Shown here piece after piece: positions 13,497 through 24,921 of a stretch of 64,000 nt of DNA. Within the stretch, counting starts at the first letter, position 1; every line of letters begins with the position of its first letter. Both the position numbers and the translations under genes were made by a program. The notes beneath the pieces are model-generated. The model saw only the letters and a program-made list of their open reading frames with translations, was not told the DNA's origin and did not search any database. This DNA is from the human T2T-CHM13v2.0 reference genome, Homo sapiens. Where the stretch lies: NCBI RefSeq assembly GCF_009914755.1, contig NC_060941.1; one strand, written 5' to 3'.

Positions 13497-14090
13497 GTAG
13501 GACGGGCTCCGGGCACTGAACCCAGGCTGCAGGGCACCCAGGGTTCTGGGACCTTGTCCTGCAAACGTCACCAGAAGAAGAGGCAAAGGATAGATGTGAA
13601 CTGTTCCCCAACCTGGGGAGTGGGGAGAGTGGTCCTCAGGGCCACAATCAAAGGGATTAACATGGATGTGGCTTGGCACAAGGTCTGGACAGGTATCACT
13701 TACTGCTGTGTGACCTCAAGGCTGTAAATGAACGTCCCTGTGCCCCGCCTTTTCCTCATCTGCAAACTAGGGACTGTGCCACCCATCTGGCAGGTGCCAT
13801 CAAGATCCTCTAACCACAGGCTTTGGAGACCTCTAGGTGGGGAAACGTGCATTTCCTTAGGTTGCCTTTTCAGGATGCTGGGACCAAGAGTCCCCAGCAT
13901 TAATGATGGCCTTCCATATGGCCCTGGCCGGTTCCCACCCCTGCCTGTTCATCAAGTTTCCCCATCTGTAACAAGGGAATTGAAGTCATCAGAGTCAGGG
14001 ACATGGTAGCCCAGAAGACAACAGCTCGAGCTCTTGGGTGGCTGGCAGGGAGGGACTCGTGACCCCTGGTGTGCAGGGACCCTGACCCAC

Positions 14091-15357
14091 CTGTGCCTCC
14101 TTGTCTGTGGAGCGCTGGGCCTGCATCCTCTTCAACGCATCTGCTTCTTCTCTTCCCCGACTCTGGGCCCATGGGGAGCCACCCTGGGGTCCAACAAAGG
14201 TCCCTCGGGTTATATGGGGGGCACTCAGCTGCCGGCGCGGTGGTGGGGTTGGCCCGTTGGCCACTTGCTCTGAGTGGCGCCTCCGGAGAGGGACTGAGTG
14301 CTCTCTCACCTCGAAGTACTCCTCTGACACAGAGGAAGCCACTGAGGGCCGTCGGGGGCCAGGGCCACGGCCGGAGCTGCCTGAGTGGCTGTCCTGGTCA
14401 CTGAGGGTTACGTAGTCGTCATCATCTTCTTCTTCCACCCCATCCAGCCCATTGGGGAGCCCCACCCCGAGGCTCTCGGGGTCATCCTGGGTCACAGATA
14501 GCTGCCGCTGGAGTGGGGCGTGGCCTGGGCCTGCCATCCTGGGTAGCCTATGGTCTGTCCCATTCTGGGGAGCTTCCTCTTTGGGGAGCTCCAGGACCCA
14601 GCCAATATCACTGCTGTCCCGGGCTAGTACATCTGCCACAGGGACTGTCCGGGGCTTGGGCACGGGGGGCAATGGCTCAGGGTCCCCCTGGGGGAGGCCG
14701 TTCTCAGCTGGGACACCGTCCTGGGGGGCACTGGGCTCTGGGGGAGGGCAAGGCTCTGGACGGGGCCTGCTGTCCTGGCTCTGCTTCCACAGCTGGTGCT
14801 GGGCGCTGGCCTGGGAGGTGTCACGGATCTTGATGCGGTTCATCTGGCTGGGCTGGGGGTTCCAGATGTTGGGGTCGATGATATTGATGTAGCCCAGGAT
14901 GTCGCTGCCAGGCTCCGGGTCTGGCTCCACCCACGTGGGCAGGTACTCAAACATGTTGGCCCTCTCCAGGTGAAGCAGTCCTGGGTGGATGGGTGGCAGC
15001 AGCTCGGGGAGTTCCCCTGGATGCTCAGCCAGCGCTGGGCCTTTCAGCCCCAGGGGCTTCTTGGCCTCCTGCTTCTCAGAGGAGATCTTGGCAATCTCGT
15101 CGACGCTCTTGGCCTTGACAAGTGCGTACTTGGGGTTGACGAGCTTCTTGGCCACAGTGCCCGCGGGCACCAGGGGGACCACAGAGGGCAGCACAATAGG
15201 CTCCGGCTCCGGTTCCTTCTCCATAGGGATGCCCTTGAGGCTCACACTGTGTGACATGAGGTACAGCTCCTGGAACTGCCGGTCAAACATCTCCACCACC
15301 TGGCCAGACAGCACAGAGATCACATTCCGGTCCGTCCGCGCGGCCGACCACGTGAAG
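14091..15357 (-). CDS. FAM83G: FAM83G coding exon 5 (end of DUF1669 with FxxxF motif; disordered region with RRPS610VASSVS)
   Basis: ttgcag|C acceptor, CAG|gtgggt donor; 1267 nt; SFTWSAARTDRN...FDRQF...; Ser610 codon falls at 14345-14343 by exon arithmetic. Confidence 0.95.
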
Positions 15358-16055
15358 CTGCAACAGAGGGAGGGGGCGCTGGTCAGGCACATGACCCTGC
15401 TTCCTCCGCCCAGCCCCCGTGCACCCATAGCCGCTGGGCCTCAGACTGTGGCCACAGGGCCCTGGGATCAAGAAGTGAATGGGGGCAGAGAGCAGGTGCA
15501 TACTGTGGGGTCAGACTGAGTCGGATGTCAAGCAAGTTGGTTGCACCAAGCCCATTCCCACCTCTGCAAATGACAGGGCACTGTGCTCCTCTCAGGCTGG
15601 TACAGGATTCACTAAGCAGCTCAGGAAGGCCCTGGACACCGTGGGGGGTTCTGCATGTGGTGGCCGCTGCTGCCATGCGTCTATGCTGCCACCAACCCCC
15701 ATGTAACCATGGGCAGCGCCCACCCCATGCCCCATGTGGTGGTGCCCACAGAGCTGGCCCCATCCCTAAGGACGGCTCTCAGAGTGACCCCCATAGGCTT
15801 GCGAAGGCACGGCCTGGCCACACCCCACCTCCAGGCCGGTGACATCTCCAAGCTGGAACAACAGCGTCCTCAGACAAAGCCCTTCTCTGCCTGCCTCCAG
15901 AGACAGACAGGCGGGCAGATGTGCTCCAGCCCTGCGCACACCTCAGCAGCCTTGGGACCAATGAACCGGAATAACCAGGGTTAGGATTAAGGGCAGAAGC
16001 CAGTTGGGAGCCAGAGGTACCTCTCGCACAACTTCCCTGAAAGCTGGAGAGTCAC

Positions 16056-16180
16056 CTGTAGGAGCCGCACACAGCCCGGTCTCCATCCACAAACATGAAC
16101 TTCTGGGCCAGGGCACCCTTGAACTTGGTTGCCGACCGCGTGAAGAACTCAGTTCCCCCGCTGCTCCGCACTCTGAGATT
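16056..16180 (-). CDS. FAM83G: FAM83G coding exon 4 (pseudo-PLD motif)
   Basis: atacag|AAT acceptor, TACAG|gtgact donor; 125 nt; NLRVRSSGGTEFFTRSATKFKGALAQKFMFVDGDRAVCGSY (QxKxxxxD-like degenerate HKD motif). Confidence 0.95.
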
Positions 16181-19100
16181 CTGTATTGGGAACCAAGAGA
16201 CAGAATTACACGACTGCAACCCTGACCACACAGGGCGAGGGGAGGACGGCAGCTGCCCAGGGCTCAGAGGGGACTCTGGAGTAGTCAGGAGGGGAAGAAA
16301 GAGGCTGTAAGGCCTGGAGAAAGGGGCTGGTGTGTCTGGGACTGCAGGGCTCAGGGTAAGGAGGGAGCTGCTGAGCCGTGAAGCTACAGAGCGGGCAGGC
16401 ACTGGTACAAAGGGGTTGGCATAAGATGGTCTGGGCTTTGGCCCTAAAGGTGTCTGAAGAGCAGCATCAGGCAGGAAAAGGCTTACACAGCCAGCCAGCT
16501 TGGGAAATGCTGCCGTGGGTGGTGGATGCTATGGTGGGGTCCTGAGCGGGAGGGTGATGTGCACACGTTTTAGAAGTGTCTCGTGGATGGCTAGGGGGTG
16601 ATGCAGCCAGAGGAGGGCAGGAAGGGGGCCTGCCCTGCAGAATCTGTGCCTTATACTCCGATAAGTCTGTGGCCCTCCAGGGTGCATGGCCCTACCCGGC
16701 CTCTCCCCTGTGCTTCTCAACACCCCTGTCTCTGCTGGGCTCTGCTCCGAGGACAGGACTCACAGCAAACCTTTCTCCTTCCCCATGGCCAGGACACCAC
16801 CCAGCACCCAGGCCAGGTCCTGTAAATGGTCAGAGATTCAATTCTGTGCCGGCTTACACTGTTTGGCCCAGGAGCAGGCCAGGAAGGCCCTCAGAGACTG
16901 TGGCCAAGGGAGCTGAGACCCAAGGAGAAGAGGGCTCCTTGGGCATGAGGAGCACAGCGGGCCCCTCAACTGCCTTAGCTCCAAGGCCAGGTCGTCACCG
17001 GCCTTTTCCTGGACCCTGAACACATAAGGGCCCTCTGTCCCAGTGTGGAGTCTCTGGAGCTGCCAAGGGCCTGTGTGTTATGAGCTCCAGGTGCTGACTT
17101 CCCTCCCCCAGGTAGCAGGACCTGCTGTGAGGGAGGAGCAGATGGTAAAGGCTGGTGCTGGGCACGGCAGACCCCAGGAAGGACAGGGCGAGCCTGGCTG
17201 GAACCCAAGTGTCGAGGATGGCCAAGGGCATCCCGAAGTAGAATCACAGGTGTAAAGGGGACCTGGGGCTCATCTGGCCCCTGTCTAGGGCAGTGTGTAA
17301 GAAATGCTCCTGGGTGCCCTGAGGGTCTGACTCAGGAGGCCTGAGGTCAGGCAGGGAATCTCAGTTTTAACACCCACTCCAGGGATTCCTGACTGGTCTG
17401 CCTGCATGCCTCCTGTGATGGGAGTCTCACTCCCTCCCGAGGGGCTCTGTGCCGGCTTCTGGCTCTCGGCTATGACGTGTTCTTAGTCAGGCTGAGCTGT
17501 GACGTACTGGTCTGTCCCCTCACCCACTCACTGGCCCCAGCTTATTCACCCCACTCATTCACATAGTCATCAACCCCTGCCGAGGCCTCCAGCTGCAGAG
17601 ATGCCTGTGATGAGGATCCCACCTGGGAGGTGAAGGGGAGGCTGAGGGGGTAAACGAAAACAAGCTGAATGCCCAGGATCGCAGAGGAGTAGCCTGAAGT
17701 GTGAAGGGCTGGCCGGGAGGCTCCCGGGAGAGGATGACATAGGTCACAGGGGGAGGTGGGGAAGCATTCCAGGGAAGGGACTCAAAGACCAGGCATGAGA
17801 GGCCTTTGTACAAGAGCACCTCAGGGGAGGAGGGGTGGGTGATGGAGCCTGCAGAGCGAGCAGGGGCGGGCTCCTGGTAAAAGACCCTGCACCGGCTTAA
17901 GAGCCTGAGCTTGGCCCTGGGGCCAGTAGGGAGCCATGGGAGGATTTACAGCAAGAGCGATGGGGTTGGGTGTGTATCTCAGGAGCAGTGCTGGCATCAG
18001 GCAGTGGGTGTGTGAGGTGAATGCTATGGGAGAGGAGGGGAGCCTGAGAGAGCAGAGCTGCCCGCCATGCCATCCAGCCTCCTGCCCTGCCAGTCCTTTC
18101 CGTGTCCCAGACCCCTGTGGCTGGGGTGGCCCCAGGCAAGCAACCACAGAGGCAGGCAGGTGTGGGCCGTGGGTGAGTCCCCATCTGATGCCCACCTGTG
18201 GGATAAACAATAGCCTTTTCATAGGGCCCAGTGCAGAAGGCAGATAAGCCTCTGCTCCCAGGGCCGCCCTCGCCGGCCCCCCACCCCGCAGGCTGCAGGT
18301 TTGCACACAGCCAGCTCAGCAGGAAGCTGGCCACGGCCCAGGACAATTAGCGCTCGTGACTTTGTACCCAACATGGAGCACGCTCGGGGTTGAGAAGTCG
18401 GACAAAGATCCTGGAGGTGGTACGAGGCCTTCCCTGTCACTGAGCCCAACCGAGCCCAGCTCCACCGCCTCCTGCAGGCTCCTGGCCCGGCCACAGACCC
18501 CTCCTTAGCCTGGAAAATCGGCCGCCAGCATCAGGACCCTTCTGGACAGTGTCTGTCCCCACCCATCCCAAACCTTGTCCTGATGAGGGCTCGGAAAGTC
18601 ACCACTTCCATCTCAGAGTGACTCAGCCTCCGTGTGAGCCGCAGGCCTCGGCTGGGCCGCTGACTCGCTGTGACTCGAAGCAAGTCCCGGGCCCTTGCTG
18701 GGCCTTAGTCTCCCTTAGCACACAGCAGGGCGGGCCTCCAACTCTTAGGCCTGTTCTACCTGGGGCTCAGCAGCAGGTGGGGGCCTGCAGCAGGGCCCCC
18801 CACCTCTTGCCTCATGGCCTGCTCCCCAGCTTGTGCCTGGATGGGCCCCACCCCACGGGGCCTGGCCTGGATGAGGTAACGTCTCAAGACTCTGGGCTCG
18901 TGTGCGCAGAGGTGGAGGATCCCACAAAGCTGCATTGTCTCTGAGCTCCTGGGACACCCCCGGCACAGGACAGCAGATGGGTGGAGGGATGCCGGGGCTG
19001 GCCCAAGAGGGGTGCCCTGGAAAAGTCTTTGGACCCTCTGGGACCTCAGTTTCCTCATAAGTAAGAGAGGACGTCAAGGGCGAGTCAGGGCAGGGGAGGA

Positions 19101-19746
19101 CGGCCGGGTGGTGCTTCATCTGCTCTCAGCGGGTGGCAAGGCAAGGTGGGGGCTCCAGGGCTGGGGCAAACTACAGCAACCTGCCCCCAATCCCCCCAGG
19201 CCTCCAGGCCACATGTGCTTAAAGGACATGTGATCCAACTGTGCCAAGCCCGCTGGTGCGAGGCAGAGGGGGCTGAGCCCAGGAGCCCCTGGAGTGGGTC
19301 TAGGGTCTAGGCATTCCTGAGCTCCAGTCAAACAGGCTCCAATCCTAGCACCAAATGGACGCCAACCAAGGCCTTTCTTTCCACGCCTCAGTTTTCTCAT
19401 CTATGAAAGGGTCTACTCATCCTTGTGCTGCAAGGCTGCTGTGAGGACTGAATAGAGCCACAGTACAGGTGGGGCCCTCCCAGGGAAGGTGTCCAGCTCC
19501 CAGTGGGTGCCCCATGAACTGGAAGTGGCGCAGTGGGCTGTGGGGGACCAACACAGAGGACCACAAAACATCCAGGAGGGATGGACTGCCCAGGGAGGCC
19601 AGGACTGTCAGCCGTACTGGGTGGGTGGTTGGTGGGCTCAGGTAGGGAAAGTGACCTGCCCACTGTCTCCCAGTAGCCCTGGGCTGGGCCGGGACTGAGG
19701 ACAGGGCTCTTTCATCACCCACCTCCTCAGGGCCCTGCTGGCCAAA

Positions 19747-20018
19747 CACCGTCTCCTTTAATTTCACCCTCACACAACCCCGTGAGGCATCACTATGGCC
19801 ATGGGGCGCTCGAGGCCCAGAGAGGTGGAACCACACGCCCAGGTCCCACAGCAGGTCAACAGCCAGTGAGCCATGTAGGCAGCACCAGGACAGCCTGTGC
19901 TGGCAGGTTAGCTTTGGTTTTGGTTTTATAATGGAAGCCAGTGATTACTTCCCCTGCCCATAGTGGGATGGCCATTCCTAGGTTTATTGATAGTTGAGTA
20001 GTTAGTGTGAATGAGTAG
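19747..20018 (+). repeat. 272-bp direct duplication, copy A (copy B = 22489-22760)
   Basis: Ungapped alignment at offset 2742, 12 mismatches by manual count. Confidence 0.93.
19908..20018 (-). pseudogene. Second, partial copy of the ATP6 NUMT (within the local duplication)
   Basis: [33 protein letters not shown]; visible inside ORF 19856..20128. Confidence 0.9.
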
Positions 20019-20384
20019 AGGCCCGGTAGAGCAGTGGGGAGGTCCAGAGATGCATCCTTGACCAGGTCTGAGCTGGGAACAGTGAGGCCAGGCCTAGTGT
20101 GAGGAATGCAAGGAACAGAGCCCAACATAGCAGCAGGAGCCTGGCTGCCTGAGGTGCAGGCCTCCAGCAGCCTCTACTCTCCTCTACAGGGCCTGTCTCG
20201 CTCTCTGTGGAGGGTGGAGAGGGGTGGTCAACACTCACCCTGGACTTCTCCAGGCTGTTGTGAAGTTGGGGTGGTGGGCCCTTTGTGAACCACATTTGGC
20301 CCAAAGTATGTGACGGCATGTAGGGGCAGGGCCAGCCTAGCTCCAAGGCCCTGGTCTGAGGGGCTCCTCTCTCCCCTAGGCCAA

Positions 20385-20563
20385 GGCTGCTCAGCCTCTG
20401 CACAACTGATACATGTCCCCTTTTGTGTGGGACCTGTCCCCGGCAGTGTAGGATGTTTAACAACATCCTTGGCCACTCAATGCTGGTAGTACCCCCAAGG
20501 TGGACAGTTAACAATGCCAAATGTCCCTCAGCAGAGTGAATCCCCCCCGTTTGAGAACCCCTG
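20385..20563. mobile_element. MER20-like hAT DNA transposon fossil
   Basis: gtgtaggatgtttaacaacatcc...gccaaatgtccc...ttgagaaccc resembles the MER20 consensus as recalled. Confidence 0.65.
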
Positions 20564-20567
20564 CCTT

Positions 20568-20861
20568 GGCCGGGCGCGGTGGCTCACGCCTGTAATCCCC
20601 GCACTTTGGGAGGCCGAGGCGGGCGGATCACGAGGTCAGCAGATCGAGACCATCCTGGCTAACACGGTGAAACCCCATCTCTACTAAAAATACAAAAAAT
20701 TAGCCGGGCGTGGTGGCGGGCCCCTGTAGTCCCAGCTACTGGGGAGGCTGAAGCAGGATAATGGCACGAACCCGGGAGGCAGAGCTTGCAGTTCACGCCA
20801 CTGCAGTCCAGCCTGGGCGACAGAGCAAGACTCCCTCTCAAAAAAAAAAAAAAAAAAAAAA
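20568..20861 (+). mobile_element. AluY-like
   Basis: CpG-rich Alu; TSD gagaaccc(c)tgcctt. Confidence 0.9.
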
Positions 20862-22488
20862 GAGAACCCTGCCTTATACCCTGAATCCATCACAGACCCA
20901 GGCCCAGGTAGAGACAGCAAGCAACACCCAGGCATCCCCGGGGAACGGGGGAACCTGGGCAGCGGAAGGGCTGGGTCGTGCCTGTCCAGCGTGAGGCCTG
21001 AGCGGCAGCGATCCTCACTTCCTCACCGTGTGCCTTCCCATGGCCATCCCAGCTGATGCTTCTTTGTTCATCAGAAACGGGAAACGGGTCTGGCCTTTGC
21101 CCAGGGGCTGCTGGTATTTCCAGTTTGGCTGCACGAAGTCAACTGGCTTTTCAGATGGCCCAGGCATCTCATGGCTCTTGTCTGTCCTAAGCTGGAAGCC
21201 TCAGGCCCAGCCTGTCTCTGGTTGGCCTGGGAGCATCCCTCCACACCCAGTATCACCCCCAAAAGCAGCCAAGTCATGCGGCCTGGCCCTGTGACCCTAG
21301 AGGGTGTCAGTGAAAGTTCTGGCCCTCTTCCCAAGGCCTGCTCCCTATTTGTCATTTGGGGTGGTCATTCCCATACTCCCACATGGAGGGCCACTGGGGC
21401 CGGCCAGGGCAACCGGCTGAGGTGCTTAGGAATGGCTGGGAGCCCCACATTTGGGGAGACACTGGTGCACGCTGCTCCCACCTCACCTGGGGACCAGGAG
21501 TGGGCTTGGCCCAAGCAACAGGGCAGCGTTTCGAGAGTGTGTTGGTGTGGGCTCCAAGCTCAGGAGGAAGGAGCCGAGTGAGGGTGAACCACAGCCAGAC
21601 CCTGGCGCAGAGGGAAAGAAAGCCGCTCAGCACTCAGACCAGAGCTGCGTCTCATGGCGGGGCTGTGCCTGTCCCTAGCCAAAGCCAGGATGGGAAGGGA
21701 GCTCGTGACCGAAGGCCCACCGCACAAACGGCCTCCTTCACTCTTCACAGCACCCCTGACAGATAAATGACCATGTCCCCATTTTGTAGACAAGACAATG
21801 GAGGCCTAGAAGGATTCAGTGACTCTGCCCAAGGTTACCATGCAGGTGGCACAGCTGGGGCTCAGGACTGGCTCCTGGTATCACCCCCAAACTGGCACCT
21901 GACACCCCAAGGTCAAAAGGATGACCCTACCAGAAAACCTGTACCCTGCCTGGGCCCAAAGGAGCTGGGGCAGGTTGGTGCAGAGCTGGGCAGGGGTGGC
22001 AGTGGCTGAGGGCAGGCCCAGGGATTATCGGCAAAGGAAGTGCTCCCGGGACAGGTCTGGGCCCAGCTAGCTCAAGGTGAGGGAGGTAGGCAGGGAAGGC
22101 AGGCCCTCGACAGGGGGTGACACTTGGCTGGGGCTGGGCTCTCAGGGCCTCTGGCCACCCGCCCAGGGCTGTAGAAGGGCAAGCTCAGAGGCGAGAATGA
22201 GGAAGCCAGGTCACACTTTCCCATGGAGGCGTCTAGCTCCTGGATATGTCACCCTACAGACTCTGCCACCTTCCCTGGGGAAGCGAGGCGGCTGAGCAGG
22301 GCAGGCGGGGCCAGGGACCTGCAGTGCCAGCTGCCTTCCAGCTGGTCACAGCCAGTGGAAGGGCTGGGGGTGGAACAGGGCAGGCCTCATACCCAAGCCC
22401 CTACCCCAGCCCAGGGCCTGGGATTTAGAATGTGTGGTTCTTGCCAGTAGCTGTATAACTTTCCTCAGCACACACAGCACTTTACAAC

Positions 22489-22760
22489 CACCGTCTCCTT
22501 TAATTTCACCTTCACACAACCCCGTGAGGCATCACTATGGCCATGGGGCACTCGAGGCCCAGAGAGGTGGAACCACACACCCAGGACCCACAGCAGGTCA
22601 GCGGCCAGTGAGCCGTGTGGGCAGCACCAGGGCAGCCTGTGCTGGCAGGTTGGCTTTGGTTTTGGTTTTATAATGGAAGCCAGTGACTACTTCCCCTGCC
22701 CATAGTGGGATGGCCATTCCTAGGTTTATTGATAGTTGAGTAGTTGGTGTGAATGAGTAG
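22489..22760 (+). repeat. 272-bp direct duplication, copy B
   Basis: As copy A; copy B continues into additional NUMT sequence, so it is the likely source. Confidence 0.93.
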
Positions 22761-22890
22761 GGTGGGAGTGCTAGAAGATTGGTTGAGCCAATAAAAAGGA
22801 TAAGAGAAATTAATATAAGGGATCAAGTTCATCCTTTGATGCTCTGTGTTATTATTTGTAGTTGTTTATTATTTGCTGCTTGAGTACCAG
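22650..22890 (-). pseudogene. NUMT: ancient mitochondrial ATP6 fragment
   Basis: Minus strand in the vertebrate mito code reads SIKG(W)[56 protein letters not shown], aligning by eye with MT-ATP6 (KGRTWSLML...[30 protein letters not shown]); uses TGA=Trp and ATA=Met. Confidence 0.92.
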
Positions 22891-24753
22891 GGATCTGCAG
22901 CCTCCTTGTCAGAGCTGATTTGTCACTATTGGCTTTTAGGCGCCACCCCTAAATTGGTCGGAATTGCTTTGGGCAAGGCATGGCCTCCCTCGGATCTCAG
23001 TTTCTCCATCTGTCTTGTGGGAGCCTCATCTGAATGACCTCAAGGCCCCTTCAGGCCCAGGCACTCCAGGCCCCCCACCTGCCCCATTGCCTCCGGCTTC
23101 CTGGAAACTCAGAACTCTGCAAGCAGCGGAGCAGCCAGGGCTTCTCTGCTGAGAAGGGGCCTGGGTGGAAGGCGAGGCCTCTGGAGTGGCTGGCCCCAGG
23201 TTAGGGTCCCTGCTCCAAACCGACAGGCTTGCTCCCTGCTTGCGTCTGCACGCTGGGGGAAGTGCAAAGCACTCGCTGGGCCTGGGGCAGGGGTACGGTG
23301 CTGGTGGGGCCCCACTGGGGTCTCTTCCTGGGCATCGGGCAGGGCCAGGCCTTCTGCAGTCAGGTTTCCAAAGTGGCCTTTCCACACTGGCTCTCTCAGG
23401 CATGAGCTATCTGCCACTGGAATCGATTCCCAGCACTAATTACGCGGCGGGGAGTGAGGTGGGTGTGGGGCTTGGGGCCAACCCACCAGGGAGACCACAT
23501 TAAAAATGTCCCAAGAGCTAGAGACTCACCACGGAGTGCTCACAACCACTTGAAAGGACTCAACCGGAGGCGTTGGGGTTGGAGGGGGTGGGCGCGCCTG
23601 ACAAATGCTGACAAATTACAGGCGTGGAGCCCGGCCCCTTGTTAACCAGACTGGCGGTGCCCCTTCTCCTAGGACCACAAGCCTGAAACCTGCAGAATTT
23701 TGACCTGTCAGACACTGGTGCTGAGCCCAAGGGTCTGGAGCAGGCCTCTACCCCACTATCTTTAACTTGCTAGCAGTGACATGGGGTATGTGGCTCCATT
23801 CCCTCATCTGCAAAATGGGAACAACTCCCTATCCCACTAGGCTGTTGTGAGGATTAAATTAACCAATGCAAAGTGCCTGTGACAGGGCCTGGCGCACGGC
23901 CAATGCAAGAGAAGTATTCGCCGTCATCACGCACGCTCATCTGCTCTCAGGGAAATGCTCTGCACGCAGCAGGTGCCAAGCGATGGCTGGCAGAAGGAGG
24001 GCTCCAGACACCAAATGCCAGGGTGTCTGGGCAGAAGAGCGTTGGACCAATGAGATCCTGTAGCCCAGAGAAGGGAGGTGACATGCCCAAGGACACACAG
24101 CAAAACAGTGCTGAGAACCACAGCCCACCCTGACCCCATCGGCAGCCTTCTCTGATCCACTTCTGTTCCATGGTTTCCCCCACCCCAAAGGTTCTTTCTC
24201 CTCTGCTCTTGTGCCTTAAATTCACTTCAACTGTGCAGCCATCGCAGAAGCCTTCCCTGGCCCCAGCCTGAGGGAGCTTCCTCTGTCTGAGCCAGAATCT
24301 AAAACCAGTAAATGGAATTCTAAGGAGACAGATTTGGGCTTAACCCAAGAAAGGACTTCCTGGGAGTTGAAGCTCTCCAGAAAGGCCACGAGCTACCTGA
24401 GGAGGCAGTGAGCACACTATCACCAGAGGTATGCAAGCAAACAGATAACCGATGTGGCATGGGCTGCTCTGAAATAACATGATGCAGCACTTGGCATGAG
24501 CTCCAGCACCTGGTCAGCAAGCACCTAATCAGTGTTTATTTTATCTCTGCCACGTTGGAGGTAGTGAGTATCCTGCCCCTCAGGGAATTCAAGCAGTGGC
24601 TATGTGACTGCTTGGCAGGAGGCTCTAGGATTACTGGACTCTGAGTGCCTGGCACAGGACTCCGTCCAGAGCAGGCAGGTACTCGAAGTGTTTGTTGACA
24701 GACTGAATGACCCCTGCCCTCCAGCCACCCAGGCAAGTGAGGAGCCTGCTCAC

Positions 24754-24921
24754 CTTGAGGTGCCCCAGGTGCATGCAGGCCCGCTCACACATGTGCAGGA
24801 AGTACTTGACGTTACTCTCATCCACGATGATGTACACGGCCACTTTCCTCTTGAAGCCGGCGTCCAGCAGGTCCTTGAAGATGTCCACGTCGGTGAACAT
24901 GTCCATGACCACAGCTATCAC
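24754..24921 (-). CDS. FAM83G: FAM83G coding exon 3 (DUF1669)
   Basis: tcccag|GTG acceptor, AAG|gtgagc donor; 168 nt; VIAVVMDMFTDVDIFKDLLDAGFKRKVAVYIIVDE...HLK. Confidence 0.96.
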
